Shown here piece after piece: positions 1 through 9,430 of a stretch of 64,000 nucleotides of DNA. The DNA comes from an uncultured Thermoplasmatales archaeon (GTDB taxonomy: Archaea > Thermoplasmatota > E2 > DHVEG-1), in assembly GCA_964615235.1 (NCBI GenBank), contig CAZTMK010000012.1:844-64843 (forward strand). The letters run 5' to 3'. Position 1 is the stretch's first letter; every line of letters begins with the position of its first letter. The notes beneath the pieces were generated by a model, which searched no databases, was not told where the DNA came from, and worked only from the letters and a program-made list of their open reading frames with translations. Made by a program: the position numbers and the translations under genes.

Positions 1-2876
1 CGCGAATATATTTTATTGGACTGATCACCACCAATAAGTCTTATTTTACCACCATATAAGTTTATTTTGTTTAAGATATATTTTTCCCTATCAGAAAAAC
101 CCCCTATTGGTGATTTTTCTAAAAAAAGATTTACAGAAACATTTCTTTTTAGAGCTTTTACTATCTCTTCACAAAGATTGTAATTGGTGAATTCATACAT
201 GTTTATATAAATTGAAGAATTGGCCTTTCTTATTTCACTTGTTATTGTGCTGTAACTACAATCGGGTGAAACAAATGTAGTGATAACTCCGTAAGATACA
301 ATATTTTGTAGGGGGTAATTTGATTGTCCAATTCCAAACACTCTTGGTTGTGTCCAATCTGAGGAGCTATTGGTATCTATTGGCTTATCTTGCTTAAAAT
401 TTCGCTTCAATATCTTACCCTCTCCGCTTTTTGGAATTGGTTTTCCATTCCAATCCTTGCAGGAGCAATTTATGTCTCCATAGGCACAGAAATTAATGGT
501 GTGGTTGTAGCTATCTTTTAAGACAACAAATCCACCAATATTGCTAAAATAAATTGAACTTTTAGTATTCATTTGAGGGACGTCTTCACGTGAATCTTTT
601 AAATATTCAAAGTCTGCAAGATTGCCGGTTTCACGAAAAAAAGCGCTCGCGTTTTGGGTTATGTAAATCATGGAATAAGGTTGAATTTTTGTGCCAGGTG
701 TAAAAGCAATTATTGGTTGAGAAAACTTTGCTTTAAAGGGATTGTTTGTTATATACCAGCCAGAGAGATTTACTGAAATATTTGAAGGATTGTAAATGAC
801 TAAGTATTCGTTATCAATTCCTGGATGGTTATGATAATAAATTTCGGTAATTATTAATTTTTTTTCATGGATTTCAGGGCATGTATCAATAATAGTAATC
901 TCATGTGATAACAGGTTATTTGTTTCATCCATTTCTATAATCCTATTATCCGTATCTACTACAATGTATATCTTGTGAATGCCGGATTTTAATCCTGATG
1001 TGTCCCATTTAAAAGAAGGGTATTTTTGGTATTTTGAGACAGTTTCGTAAGTAATCTTCCCAATTAAATGATCCGAGTCAAAGGTATCATAAAATGCCTT
1101 TACCTCTACATTTCTGGCGACCTCATTTCCGATATTTTTTAAAAAAACTTTAATTCGAAGTGTTTCGCCTTCTCCGATTTTTGTTATCTTGCTATTATAT
1201 TCATCATAAAAATTAATTTCTTTTATGAAAAGATCTGGATTGTCAAGTACTATGAAAAAAATAACCTCATGTGAGACGTCAGGATCTTTGCTAGAAGATA
1301 TTTTTAGTTTTACATAAGTATCTGAAAATTTGTGATAATAATGAAGGTAAGGCTCAATAGTCAAGTTTAATAAAATCTCCTCGGCTGAGTTAAGTGCAAT
1401 TTCTGATTTTTCCGTTCTTGCAATCCAACCATCAGACACATTGTGAACAGATATCAAAAACGTATCATTGAAGTTTCCAATATTTTTAAGATCCATTTGA
1501 ACATTTAGCATTTCCCCAATTTTCATTGAAAATGCAGTATTTGGACATTCAACCATTATTCCATATTCTCCCGGCTCGATTGTGATATTTGATTTGAGTA
1601 AAAATGGATTTAAGTTTTTATCACAGACTTTTATTGAATAATTTGTGTCAACTGGGGACGGTAACTTGTAATATCCAGGATTGCACTTGAAATCACATTC
1701 GATTTGGTTATCCTCTGTTTTGTAAATTCCTGTGAATATACCCGTTTTATTTTCGACTATAATAAATGAGTTTTCAATTTTACTTTCATTATTTGTAATA
1801 ATTCCACGCACACACCCTCCCTCTGTTGCGTTGCAGGTGCTTTCATCCATGTCTAAAAGAAATATTTGCTTACTTACAAATGACGTTTCGTTTTCATTTT
1901 TAATTTTCATACAGAGATGTGCAGAATCGTTGTTTTTAAGGTTATTTTGATACTCTTTGTAATTTTTATTTAACCTTAAATAAACCCAGCCAGACCAGTT
2001 TCCATTTTCAAATGTTTGTATATCATAAACATAATAATTGGAATAAATCCATGATTGACCGTCCCAAGTTTGCGAGGCAGGTTGCGAATTGGTTATTTCT
2101 TCTACAACATATGCCTTTAAAGAGTAATATTGATTTGGAAGATAATTCTTTAAGATTATTTTTGCGGCAAAAGGTATTCCGTATTGTGAATTGTCATATG
2201 GCTTTGCTATAAATAATGGATAATACTCAATGTCAAATAATTTCTGTTCTAGTTTAGAATCCTCATTTGAATTTGGATGGCCCGGGGTAGGAGTGCTTGA
2301 TTCAAAGAAATCAGTAGAGGTATTATCAGAATCCACATTAGGATATCTAGCAAGGGTTTTCCCTACTGATCCAATATAAGCAGGAGTTCCATTTATATCG
2401 GAATAATCATACCCCCATTCAACTGCATCGACTAAATGTCCAGTCGAATTTTTTATGATCAGTTTATCTTTGGCATTGCCAAGTCCATTACCTATACTTT
2501 TATCATCCACTTTTAATAAAGTAACATTTTCAGCAACTGTCAAATTATCATAAATTTTAGTTCCATGGTCCGTAATTATGGCGTATCCGTTTGGAAAAAT
2601 AATTGTTGAACCGTTTCCATTCCCAAAGTCTGCTCCCAGTAAATCCATATCTTGGTTGTCAGTGATACTCCAATTAGAAACATTTATTGAACAATTTAGT
2701 GGATTATATATTTCAATCCACTCATAGTAATTGCCGTCTTGTATGGGGTTGTACATTATTTCATTAATGACCAAATGATTTTGTTCTGCTGCAGAAGTAT
2801 TTTGGTTTATAATCACTAGCATAAAGAAAATAAAAAATACTATTGGCATTTTAATTAGAATTCCTCCCTTAATCAT
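1..2876 (-). CDS. Secreted lamin-tail-domain (x2) / Ig-like (CARDB) / phospholipase D-family protein; 3' end runs off the window
   Basis: Absent from the ORF track because it is truncated. Hand translation from ATG 2876 (GGAGG SD upstream) gives a signal peptide, LVINEIMYNP...YEWIEIYNP (LTD), a second LTD (LIITEIYYHNHP), then TTFVSPDCSY...IYINMYEFTN (PLD-like start). The middle was only spot-checked for stops. Confidence 0.85.
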   Translation of the reverse strand, partial: MIKGGILIKMPIVFFIFFMLVIINQNTSAAEQNHLVINEIMYNPIQDGNYYEWIEIYNPLNCSINVSNWSITDNQDMDLLGADFGNGNGSTIIFPNGYAIITDHGTKIYDNLTVAENVTLLKVDDKSIGNGLGNAKDKLIIKNSTGHLVDAVEWGYDYSDINGTPAYIGSVGKTLARYPNVDSDNTSTDFFESSTPTPGHPNSNEDSKLEQKLFDIEYYPLFIAKPYDNSQYGIPFAAKIILKNYLPNQYYSLKAYVVEEITNSQPASQTWDGQSWIYSNYYVYDIQTFENGNWSGWVYLRLNKNYKEYQNNLKNNDSAHLCMKIKNENETSFVSKQIFLLDMDESTCNATEGGCVRGIITNNESKIENSFIIVENKTGIFTGIYKTEDNQIECDFKCNPGYYKLPSPVDTNYSIKVCDKNLNPFLLKSNITIEPGEYGIMVECPNTAFSMKIGEMLNVQMDLKNIGNFNDTFLISVHNVSDGWIARTEKSEIALNSAEEILLNLTIEPYLHYYHKFSDTYVKLKISSSKDPDVSHEVIFFIVLDNPDLFIKEINFYDEYNSKITKIGEGETLRIKVFLKNIGNEVARNVEVKAFYDTFDSDHLIGKITYETVSKYQKYPSFKWDTSGLKSGIHKIYIVVDTDNRIIEMDETNNLLSHEITIIDTCPEIHEKKLIITEIYYHNHPGIDNEYLVIYNPSNISVNLSGWYITNNPFKAKFSQPIIAFTPGTKIQPYSMIYITQNASAFFRETGNLADFEYLKDSREDVPQMNTKSSIYFSNIGGFVVLKDSYNHTINFCAYGDINCSCKDWNGKPIPKSGEGKILKRNFKQDKPIDTNSSSDWTQPRVFGIGQSNYPLQNIVSYGVITTFVSPDCSYSTITSEIRKANSSIYINMYEFTNYNLCEEIVKALKRNVSVNLFLEKSPIGGFSDREKYILNKINLYGGKIRLIGGDQSNKIYS

Positions 2877-2903
2877 TTTCTTTCCTCCCTTCAATTCTTT
2901 TTA

Positions 2904-2974
2904 AGGGCGGAGAGGGATTTGAACCCTCGTATGCGGATCTGCAGTCCGCCACATAGCCACTTTGTTACCCGCCC
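2904..2974 (-). tRNA. tRNA-Cys (GCA), no intron, CCA not encoded
   Basis: GGGCGGG acceptor stem, GCGGA-CTGCAGA-TCCGC anticodon arm, GGTTCAAATCC T-loop, U discriminator. Confidence 0.95.
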
Positions 2975-3287
2975 ATTGATGTAAATATATTGTATATAAT
3001 AACTTTAATTATTACTTTTATCCCATATTTTAGAGCTTTTAGATTAAATTATTTATGATATTAATTATTATACGATCCGACTAATAATCGGACTATGTCT
3101 TGGTATTAATCACAATGAAATAGACAGGAGGTAAATATGATTTTTGATATTGGCCGAAAGAATTAGAATCTGCAAGTTTTGGGCATTATCATATAAGTCG
3201 TTATTTGCTTTATTTTAGTACCGAAAAGAAACTAATATTTGGATGATTGATGATAAATTTGACCGAATATCGTTTTATTTACAAATA

Positions 3288-3304
3288 ACTTTGTGATACA
3301 AAGT
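3288..3304. promoter_or_regulatory. Palindromic operator ACTTTGT-GAT-ACAAAGT next to TATA box
   Basis: Perfect 7-bp inverted repeat directly before TATTATATA and about 40 bp upstream of the membrane protein/wHTH operon. Confidence 0.7.
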
Positions 3305-3346
3305 ATTATATAGTACAAATGACATACATATAATGTAGTGATAAAA

Positions 3347-3979
3347 ATGACTGAAAAAATTGATTTAAAAAAAGTCGAGAAACAAACATATAGATTTACC
3401 TTTACTGATGGTCTTTATGATATGGCATATGGCTCTCTAATATTCTTTGCTGCTATTGCTCCCATTTTAAGAGAAATACTATATCCTAGTTACATAATTT
3501 TTTTGATTTTACCTGCTCCATTAATTCTCATTCTTGGAAAAATATATATTACTGTCCCAAGAATTGGAATTGTAAAATTCAATCTAAACAGAACTAAATC
3601 AAGAAATAAAATAGGGCTTTTAATTGCAATACTTTTTCCAATAACTGTAATTATGGTTGTTCTAACATTTTTAGGTGTTTATAATATTAAAGTAGGAGGA
3701 TATATAGTTCCAGTAGGTGGAGGGATATTTGCTCTTATTTTACTTAGTCTCGTTGCTTACATTATGGATTATCCGCATTTTTATCTCTATGGAATTTCAA
3801 TTGGCCTTGGGCTTCCCTTAGCAGCATTATTAAAACCTATCTTTGGAGAACCATCGCATTACCTAATTAGCTTTGGAATATCAGGGACTCTAATTCTTAT
3901 CTATGGTATTATCACACTTATCAAATTCATAAAAAAGTATCCAATACCCAAAGAGGGGATACCTGATGTCAAAGGATAA
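3347..3979 (+). CDS. Multi-pass membrane protein
   Basis: About 6-7 hydrophobic helices; overlaps the downstream wHTH gene; ATG 3347 preferred over GTG 3338. Confidence 0.8.
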   Translation: MTEKIDLKKVEKQTYRFTFTDGLYDMAYGSLIFFAAIAPILREILYPSYIIFLILPAPLILILGKIYITVPRIGIVKFNLNRTKSRNKIGLLIAILFPITVIMVVLTFLGVYNIKVGGYIVPVGGGIFALILLSLVAYIMDYPHFYLYGISIGLGLPLAALLKPIFGEPSHYLISFGISGTLILIYGIITLIKFIKKYPIPKEGIPDVKG

Positions 3980-4292
3980 AAATAACATTATAGAAGAGAT
4001 TTATACACCTAGTTCTATTGATAAGTTGATTCATGAGCCAGCTCGATTAAACATTATGACCCATCTTTATGTTGTTGAAAGTGCTGATTTCCTTTTTATG
4101 ATGCGGCAGACCGGATTAACATTTGGGAATCTATCTGCTCATTTGAGTAAGCTTGAAGAAGCAGGATATATTGATATTATTAAGGAATTTGTTGGGAAAA
4201 AACCTCATACAATGTTAAAATTAACTGAAAAGGGAAGAAGAGCTTTTGATGAGTATAGAAAAAAAATGAAGCAGTTCTTTAATGAACTGTAA
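3966..4292 (+). CDS. Winged-helix transcriptional regulator (ArsR/MarR-like, HTH_34 type)
   Basis: DKLIHEPARLNIM...TFGNLSAHLSKLEEAGYI...KPHT...LTEKGRRAF signature. Confidence 0.9.
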   Translation: MSKDKNNIIEEIYTPSSIDKLIHEPARLNIMTHLYVVESADFLFMMRQTGLTFGNLSAHLSKLEEAGYIDIIKEFVGKKPHTMLKLTEKGRRAFDEYRKKMKQFFNEL

Positions 4293-4303
4293 GAGGTTAT
4301 AAG

Positions 4304-4480
4304 GTGAAAGAAAAACAAATATTTGGTGTATTATTTGTAATAGGGATCTTGACAGCATTAACAGGTGCTACTTTAATGTGGTTTGGAATAACTCCTGTAC
4401 CCTTGAGAATTACCATAGTTATTCTCGGGACGAGTTTAATTGCTTTATCAAATCCTATTTCAAAATCAAAAAATATCTAA
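4304..4480 (+). CDS. Small 2-TM protein (58 aa)
   Basis: Below the ORF-track cutoff; GAGGT SD then GTG; MKEKQIFGVLFVIGILTALTGATLMWFGITPVPLRITIVILGTSLIALSNPISKSKNI. Confidence 0.6.
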   Translation: MKEKQIFGVLFVIGILTALTGATLMWFGITPVPLRITIVILGTSLIALSNPISKSKNI

Positions 4481-4598
4481 CAGTAGAAAACCAATATTTT
4501 TCTAGTGAAAGTGTATTTAAATCTCATCCCTTGTGCTTGATTTTAAAAAAGAAAAAGAAGGTTTTTAGAAAAACTTTAGATTTTTTAGTGTATTATAT

Positions 4599-5537
4599 TC
4601 AGTAAAGGAAATACTGGAGCATCATTCTTAACATTGGAAACAGATTTAAATGTTGTTGTAGGAAATCTAGAAATGGAAATTTGATATACTGTTTGGATTT
4701 TGATTTCACTGAAACTGGGTTGCTCTGTGCACCATGTTCATCCTCAGCTAGTACACCTACAGAACCACTTTTACCACCACAATTTATTCTTTGTTCTGTT
4801 CCACTTGGTACAAGCCCAGTCCATTGATCAATGGTCAAGTCATTATTCCAATCAACACCATATCTTAATTGATCCCCATCTGGATCTGTAGCAGTTACTA
4901 CAAGATCATCATTAATTCTGTCATAAGAACATACTGGATTATTTGGTGGTTGATTTGACGTACCATAGGTTTCGAAACAAAAATCACAACGTACTACTCC
5001 CTCCTGAAGATAATTCCATCCGGCTGCTATACTCTCATACCATGCATCACCACCAGGATAGGGATCTGGATATCCATACCACCATAAAAGGGAAGAAGTA
5101 TCGCCTGTACTAGTTTCACCTCCAACAACAATAAAATATGTATTTCCAGGAGTAACACTGATATCTGGAAAATCAAATTCACAAAAATTAGAACCGACTA
5201 CTAATATGTCCCGATTTATTTTTGCTGATGTTAATGTTGGACCCGAATATGATTCCTTAATATTAACATAGTAATATTGAAACTCTTCACTTCCAAAGGA
5301 TTTTAAACGAAGGATTACTCGAGTTAATGTTGGAAGTGTTGGAGTAAAAGATTGGGCAAGTTCTTTATCACTTGAACCAATTGCCTTAGCATTATTAATT
5401 TGTGTAGATTGTTGATCTAATTCATCATACAAAAGTGTATTATTTATTTGATTCGCAGAAACTTTGGCTAACCCCAAAGTTGACAAAATAGTTGCAATCA
5501 ACAACATCACTATTAAAATACTTACTATTCTTTTCAT
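4599..5537 (-). CDS. Secreted protein with PKD/Ig-like domain and amphipathic C-terminal tail
   Basis: Signal peptide, GGAGGT SD, ELDQQ...LAQSFTPT domain, NQPP...TDPDGDQLRYGVDW module, tail FPFLDFLQQHLNLFPMLRMML. Confidence 0.85.
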   Translation of the reverse strand: MKRIVSILIVMLLIATILSTLGLAKVSANQINNTLLYDELDQQSTQINNAKAIGSSDKELAQSFTPTLPTLTRVILRLKSFGSEEFQYYYVNIKESYSGPTLTSAKINRDILVVGSNFCEFDFPDISVTPGNTYFIVVGGETSTGDTSSLLWWYGYPDPYPGGDAWYESIAAGWNYLQEGVVRCDFCFETYGTSNQPPNNPVCSYDRINDDLVVTATDPDGDQLRYGVDWNNDLTIDQWTGLVPSGTEQRINCGGKSGSVGVLAEDEHGAQSNPVSVKSKSKQYIKFPFLDFLQQHLNLFPMLRMMLQYFLY

Positions 5538-5747
5538 ATTTTTTCTACCTCCCTAAAAATATTAGTTTTATATACAGTCCAATATATTATAATAATATAA
5601 AGTTTTTTTTGTTATTTACGACGATTGATGAAAAAATGTATTTTTCTGAGGTATCCGTGTGTTGCTTTCCATTTAATAAGAGGGCAACACGATCGGAAAA
5701 AAATTTTCATAAATATTAATACGAATAAACTTATTTAATTTAATAAA

Positions 5748-5939
5748 ATGGTTTTTGATAGAACAATAAAAGGATATGCAAAATTTATATTGTTGATGAT
5801 TACTTGGTTAATAATATTCATCCCTCTGAAAATTGTATTAAATTTATATAATGTATCCTCCGATATTCAATTTCTTGTTATAATGATATTAATAATCATA
5901 CTTGCTTGTATATCTTTAAAACTGTTTGATAAAAATTGA
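5748..5939 (+). CDS. Small 2-TM hypothetical protein
   Basis: 63 aa with two hydrophobic segments; hairpin AAAAACCA-TT-TGGTTTTT downstream. Confidence 0.5.
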   Translation: MVFDRTIKGYAKFILLMITWLIIFIPLKIVLNLYNVSSDIQFLVIMILIIILACISLKLFDKN

Positions 5940-6010
5940 TAAAAATATAAAAAAGAATTAAATCAAAAACCATTTGGTTTTTCGACGATATTTACGGCGA
6001 AAAATGTGCG

Positions 6011-6033
6011 ATAACCACCTTGTTACCCGTCCA
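6011..6033 (-). repeat. Degenerate copy of tRNA-Cys 5' end
   Basis: ATAACCACCTTGTTACCCGTCCA vs ATAGCCACTTTGTTACCCGCCCA (2953-2975); three transitions. Confidence 0.7.
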
Positions 6034-6302
6034 GATTGAGCGGTTCATAAATAAACTCTTGGTTTTTGAAGGCTATTACTAGGATACACATAACTTTATG
6101 TTAGTGAATTTAAATAAAATGATTATATGATAAATTAAAACAAGATAATGGTCTTTTGTTAATATCGGAATTACTTTCTACAAATATTTAATCTTTTTAA
6201 ATTTATAAAAATTTTTGTAAAATTTTCATGTTATATCAAAATTCTAAAGATAAGCTTTTTATATTAATACATCTTTATTAAATGTAATTAAAGGGTGTTA
6301 AT

Positions 6303-7820
6303 TTGAGAAAAATAATAAGAATTAGTATAGTTATTCTAATGTTGCTATCTCTTTGTGTATCCGTTGACTCCTTAAAAATATCCAATTATAACGAAAACGA
6401 TTATGATCCATTAGTTGATGTGGAAGTTAGCGTTATAATTGACGGTATTCGTTACCTTGAGAATGAGGAGCAGCAGGTTGCTAAGCCCATACTTCCTAAA
6501 CCTTTTACCAAGATTCTGAGTTTTTTAGCAATGTTTCCATTTTTTGAAAAAATTTTTACAAATAAAATAACAGTAACTGAGGATAATGATGCTCCCAGCA
6601 TGTATATCAAGGTTTACATTAATGATGTTGAATTTGTTAGCCCTGTATGGGCAAATACTTTTTATGTTTATAAAAACGGTTGGACTGCGACTTTAAATAT
6701 CCCTGATGATCAGGAGTTTGTAGATATCAAAATACAGGTTTGGGATTCCAAAGTAGACAAAATTTGTGATATCGGCGGTGACACAGGTGAAAGTGATGAT
6801 GCTTACGATGCAGAACTAACCTATAGCATTAAGAATGGTCGTTGGACAGGTGATGACAGTCTTGGCGATCCTAGCGGTTATGGTCGACTTAATGGATGTG
6901 ATGATGGTACAATCTATCAAACAGATAGGGATTGTGAGGTATGGTTTAACATTTTACAGAATGATTATGATAACGATGGTATCCCTTATTGGTCTGAGAT
7001 TAATGATTATCATACTGACCCTGAAATAGCTAACGTTGGTGATCCTGATAAAGACGGTACCTCTATAGATTGGGAGTGGAAATGGGGTTACAACCCATTT
7101 GAGAAAGATGATCATTATGGTCTAGACGATGATGGCGATAGCCTTAACAATGTCGAGGAATATCTGACATCCGCTTGGTGGTCTGATCCGTTCAGAAAAG
7201 ATGTTTTCGTTGAATTGGACATAATGGAAGAAGGCCCGAATGGTGAAAAAACCTATTTTCCGGTAGAAGCAAAGGAACTCATACTTAATGCGTTTGACAG
7301 GCAAAACATCGTGCTACACATAGATATGGGTGAAATGGGCGGGCATGAAATAATTCCTTTTGACGATGAAGTTGTTCATGATTTTGTTAGAGATAGGGAA
7401 TTTAATTATATTTATGAAAATTATTTTTTACATGGTGATGAATTCAATTGGCGAGCTGGAGTATTCCATTATGGAGTAGTAGTCTACAAATCTACAGGAG
7501 CAGCTGGTTACTTGTTTCGTAAAAATGCTTTTCAGGTATCAAGCAAAGGACATGAAAAATTAGCGGCGGAGAATCCACGGTTTAATTGGAACGTTATATA
7601 TGCTAGCGCCTACATGCATGAGCTAGGTCATTCTTTTAACTTCTGGCCCATACCGGGTCATGAACAGGATTATGATTGGGAGGAAGTTAAACCCTATAAA
7701 AGTTGCATGAACTATGGCTGGATGTATAAACTAGTAGATTACTCTGATGGCTCGAGAGAGGAACCAGATATTGATGACTGGAGTAGGATAGACTATCATT
7801 ATTTTGATATGCTTGGATAA
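6303..7820 (+). CDS. Secreted zinc-dependent metalloprotease-like protein with Ca-binding DxDxDG repeats
   Basis: Signal peptide; DYDNDG, DPDKDG, DDDGDS repeats; MHELGH motif; SCMNY Met-turn-like motif. Confidence 0.8.
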   Translation: MRKIIRISIVILMLLSLCVSVDSLKISNYNENDYDPLVDVEVSVIIDGIRYLENEEQQVAKPILPKPFTKILSFLAMFPFFEKIFTNKITVTEDNDAPSMYIKVYINDVEFVSPVWANTFYVYKNGWTATLNIPDDQEFVDIKIQVWDSKVDKICDIGGDTGESDDAYDAELTYSIKNGRWTGDDSLGDPSGYGRLNGCDDGTIYQTDRDCEVWFNILQNDYDNDGIPYWSEINDYHTDPEIANVGDPDKDGTSIDWEWKWGYNPFEKDDHYGLDDDGDSLNNVEEYLTSAWWSDPFRKDVFVELDIMEEGPNGEKTYFPVEAKELILNAFDRQNIVLHIDMGEMGGHEIIPFDDEVVHDFVRDREFNYIYENYFLHGDEFNWRAGVFHYGVVVYKSTGAAGYLFRKNAFQVSSKGHEKLAAENPRFNWNVIYASAYMHELGHSFNFWPIPGHEQDYDWEEVKPYKSCMNYGWMYKLVDYSDGSREEPDIDDWSRIDYHYFDMLG

Positions 7821-8133
7821 ATAAAAAGAAGTTTTTAGAAAACACATAATCAATTTTGAGGAAAATTCGAAAAAATTCATATCATAAATCAAGAAGAAAT
7901 TTTTTTGTTATCTGCTTAAAATGTTTTACTTAAATTATTGAATGGCTAAAATTATTTTTTGCTATATTTCGACTCAAATTAAGTTTTTTCAAAATAAGAG
8001 ATGAAACCAAAACCAAATCTAATTTTTATAATTATCTTAAATATTTTGATAATGATCGAACCAGAATATTTATAAATAAATATTAAAATATTATAATATT
8101 TGTTAATCTTTATTTAATCGTGGCTAGGTACAA

Positions 8134-9351
8134 ATGAAAATAAGAATAAAAAAAAATATTGCGATTATTTTAATTCTAGTTCTTGTTATATATTCAATAA
8201 TTACAACAGTTTTATTATTTTCCGTAAATTCAATAGAATTTCCCAAAACAGAAATAAATATTCGTATAAAGGAGATAACTACTGAAGAAGCAATAATCTA
8301 CACAACTATCACGATTTCAAACACAAATATCTTTGATATGTTTATTCGAAACATGGAAATAATTACTTCTACTGTGAATGGAAGCGAGGTAAATAGCTTT
8401 AGTATAAAAGGTGGAACAATTTGTTCCAATACAGATAAAACATTCAATTCGACCAATATAATCTCCTTTGATGGTAAAAATCCCGATCTTCTTAAAACAC
8501 AAATGTCCGCCGAGGCGGGTTTTAAAATATTTGGATTTGACAGGGTCTTACCACTTTCAATGAACGTGATAAGCTCACTTGAAGATATTATTGAGGATTT
8601 TAGATTACCTATCGTTACTATTGGGACAAATTTTAAAGGAATTGATAACAACGAAATCCGATTTGATGTTGAAATCCAAATAAACAATATTAATTCATTT
8701 GAATTATACTTAAAAAATTCCAATATTATTTTTGAAAATGAAGAAGGGGAAAACTTAGGAAAAATAATTTTAGATGACAGCAATATCAAGGCTGAAAGTT
8801 CCAAAATAGTGGGGGCAGAGGGAAATCTTAAGCTTCAAGCGTTAAATTATGAAAAACTATTAGTAAAATTCAATGCAGAGGTTGGTTTGTTAATGGCCGG
8901 CATTGATCAATCTAGAGAAATCAATACTCAGGTGAATATATCGGTCCCAAACATAGAGGAGCTAATACCAAGTGATAAGAGAATAAGTTCATCATTGAGA
9001 TCGGATTCAAAGATAACAATTAAAGGCTTCGTAAGCGATGTTACATTCGAGGTTAACAATCCTACAAAAATCAATTTTGTTGCCCAAGAGATTCGAATAG
9101 AATATTATCGAATTGATAATAATGAAAAAACTCTTCTTGCTAACACTTCTATTAATGGTGGGAATATTTCACCAGAAGAAAAAACCATTTTTAAAGGTGA
9201 GTTTTTGATTCCTTTTTCAAAAGTTCAATGGTACAAATTTATTCCAGATTGGTATTTTATGCAGATATGGGCAAAAATGTCACTTCCAGGTGTAAATCAA
9301 TCTATGTGGATTGGCGTCTCCTCATATATTGATGTACACATGTTGACATAG
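8134..9351 (+). CDS. Membrane-anchored LEA_2/WHy-like repeat protein (about 3 domains)
   Basis: N-terminal TM; repeated I.N.N.F motifs (ISNTNIF, INNINSF, VNNPTKI). Confidence 0.7.
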   Translation: MKIRIKKNIAIILILVLVIYSIITTVLLFSVNSIEFPKTEINIRIKEITTEEAIIYTTITISNTNIFDMFIRNMEIITSTVNGSEVNSFSIKGGTICSNTDKTFNSTNIISFDGKNPDLLKTQMSAEAGFKIFGFDRVLPLSMNVISSLEDIIEDFRLPIVTIGTNFKGIDNNEIRFDVEIQINNINSFELYLKNSNIIFENEEGENLGKIILDDSNIKAESSKIVGAEGNLKLQALNYEKLLVKFNAEVGLLMAGIDQSREINTQVNISVPNIEELIPSDKRISSSLRSDSKITIKGFVSDVTFEVNNPTKINFVAQEIRIEYYRIDNNEKTLLANTSINGGNISPEEKTIFKGEFLIPFSKVQWYKFIPDWYFMQIWAKMSLPGVNQSMWIGVSSYIDVHMLT

Positions 9352-9430
9352 TAAAATTATTTATGGTTTATGTTAAATGGGTAAAAATTTAAGCCTAATC
9401 GCGATGGTTAACCACCAGTGGTTGTAGAAA

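Larger units (their letters stand above)
2975..6033. mobile_element. Putative decayed tRNA-Cys-integrated islet (no integrase)
   Basis: Bounded by tRNA-Cys and a 20/23-nt copy of the tRNA 5' end at 6011-6033; contains only accessory genes. Confidence 0.4.

Noticed and set aside
1732..2212. Plus-strand ORFs 1732-1950 and 2012-2212
   Set aside because: Antisense shadows of the long minus-strand LTD-PLD gene
3126..3170. GGAGGT SD followed by ATG at 3137
   Set aside because: ORF stops after 9 codons; possibly a gene remnant but unsupported
4378..4605. 75-aa ORF in the ORF track
   Set aside because: The overlapping 4304-4480 frame has an SD and a coherent 2-TM product, so it was preferred
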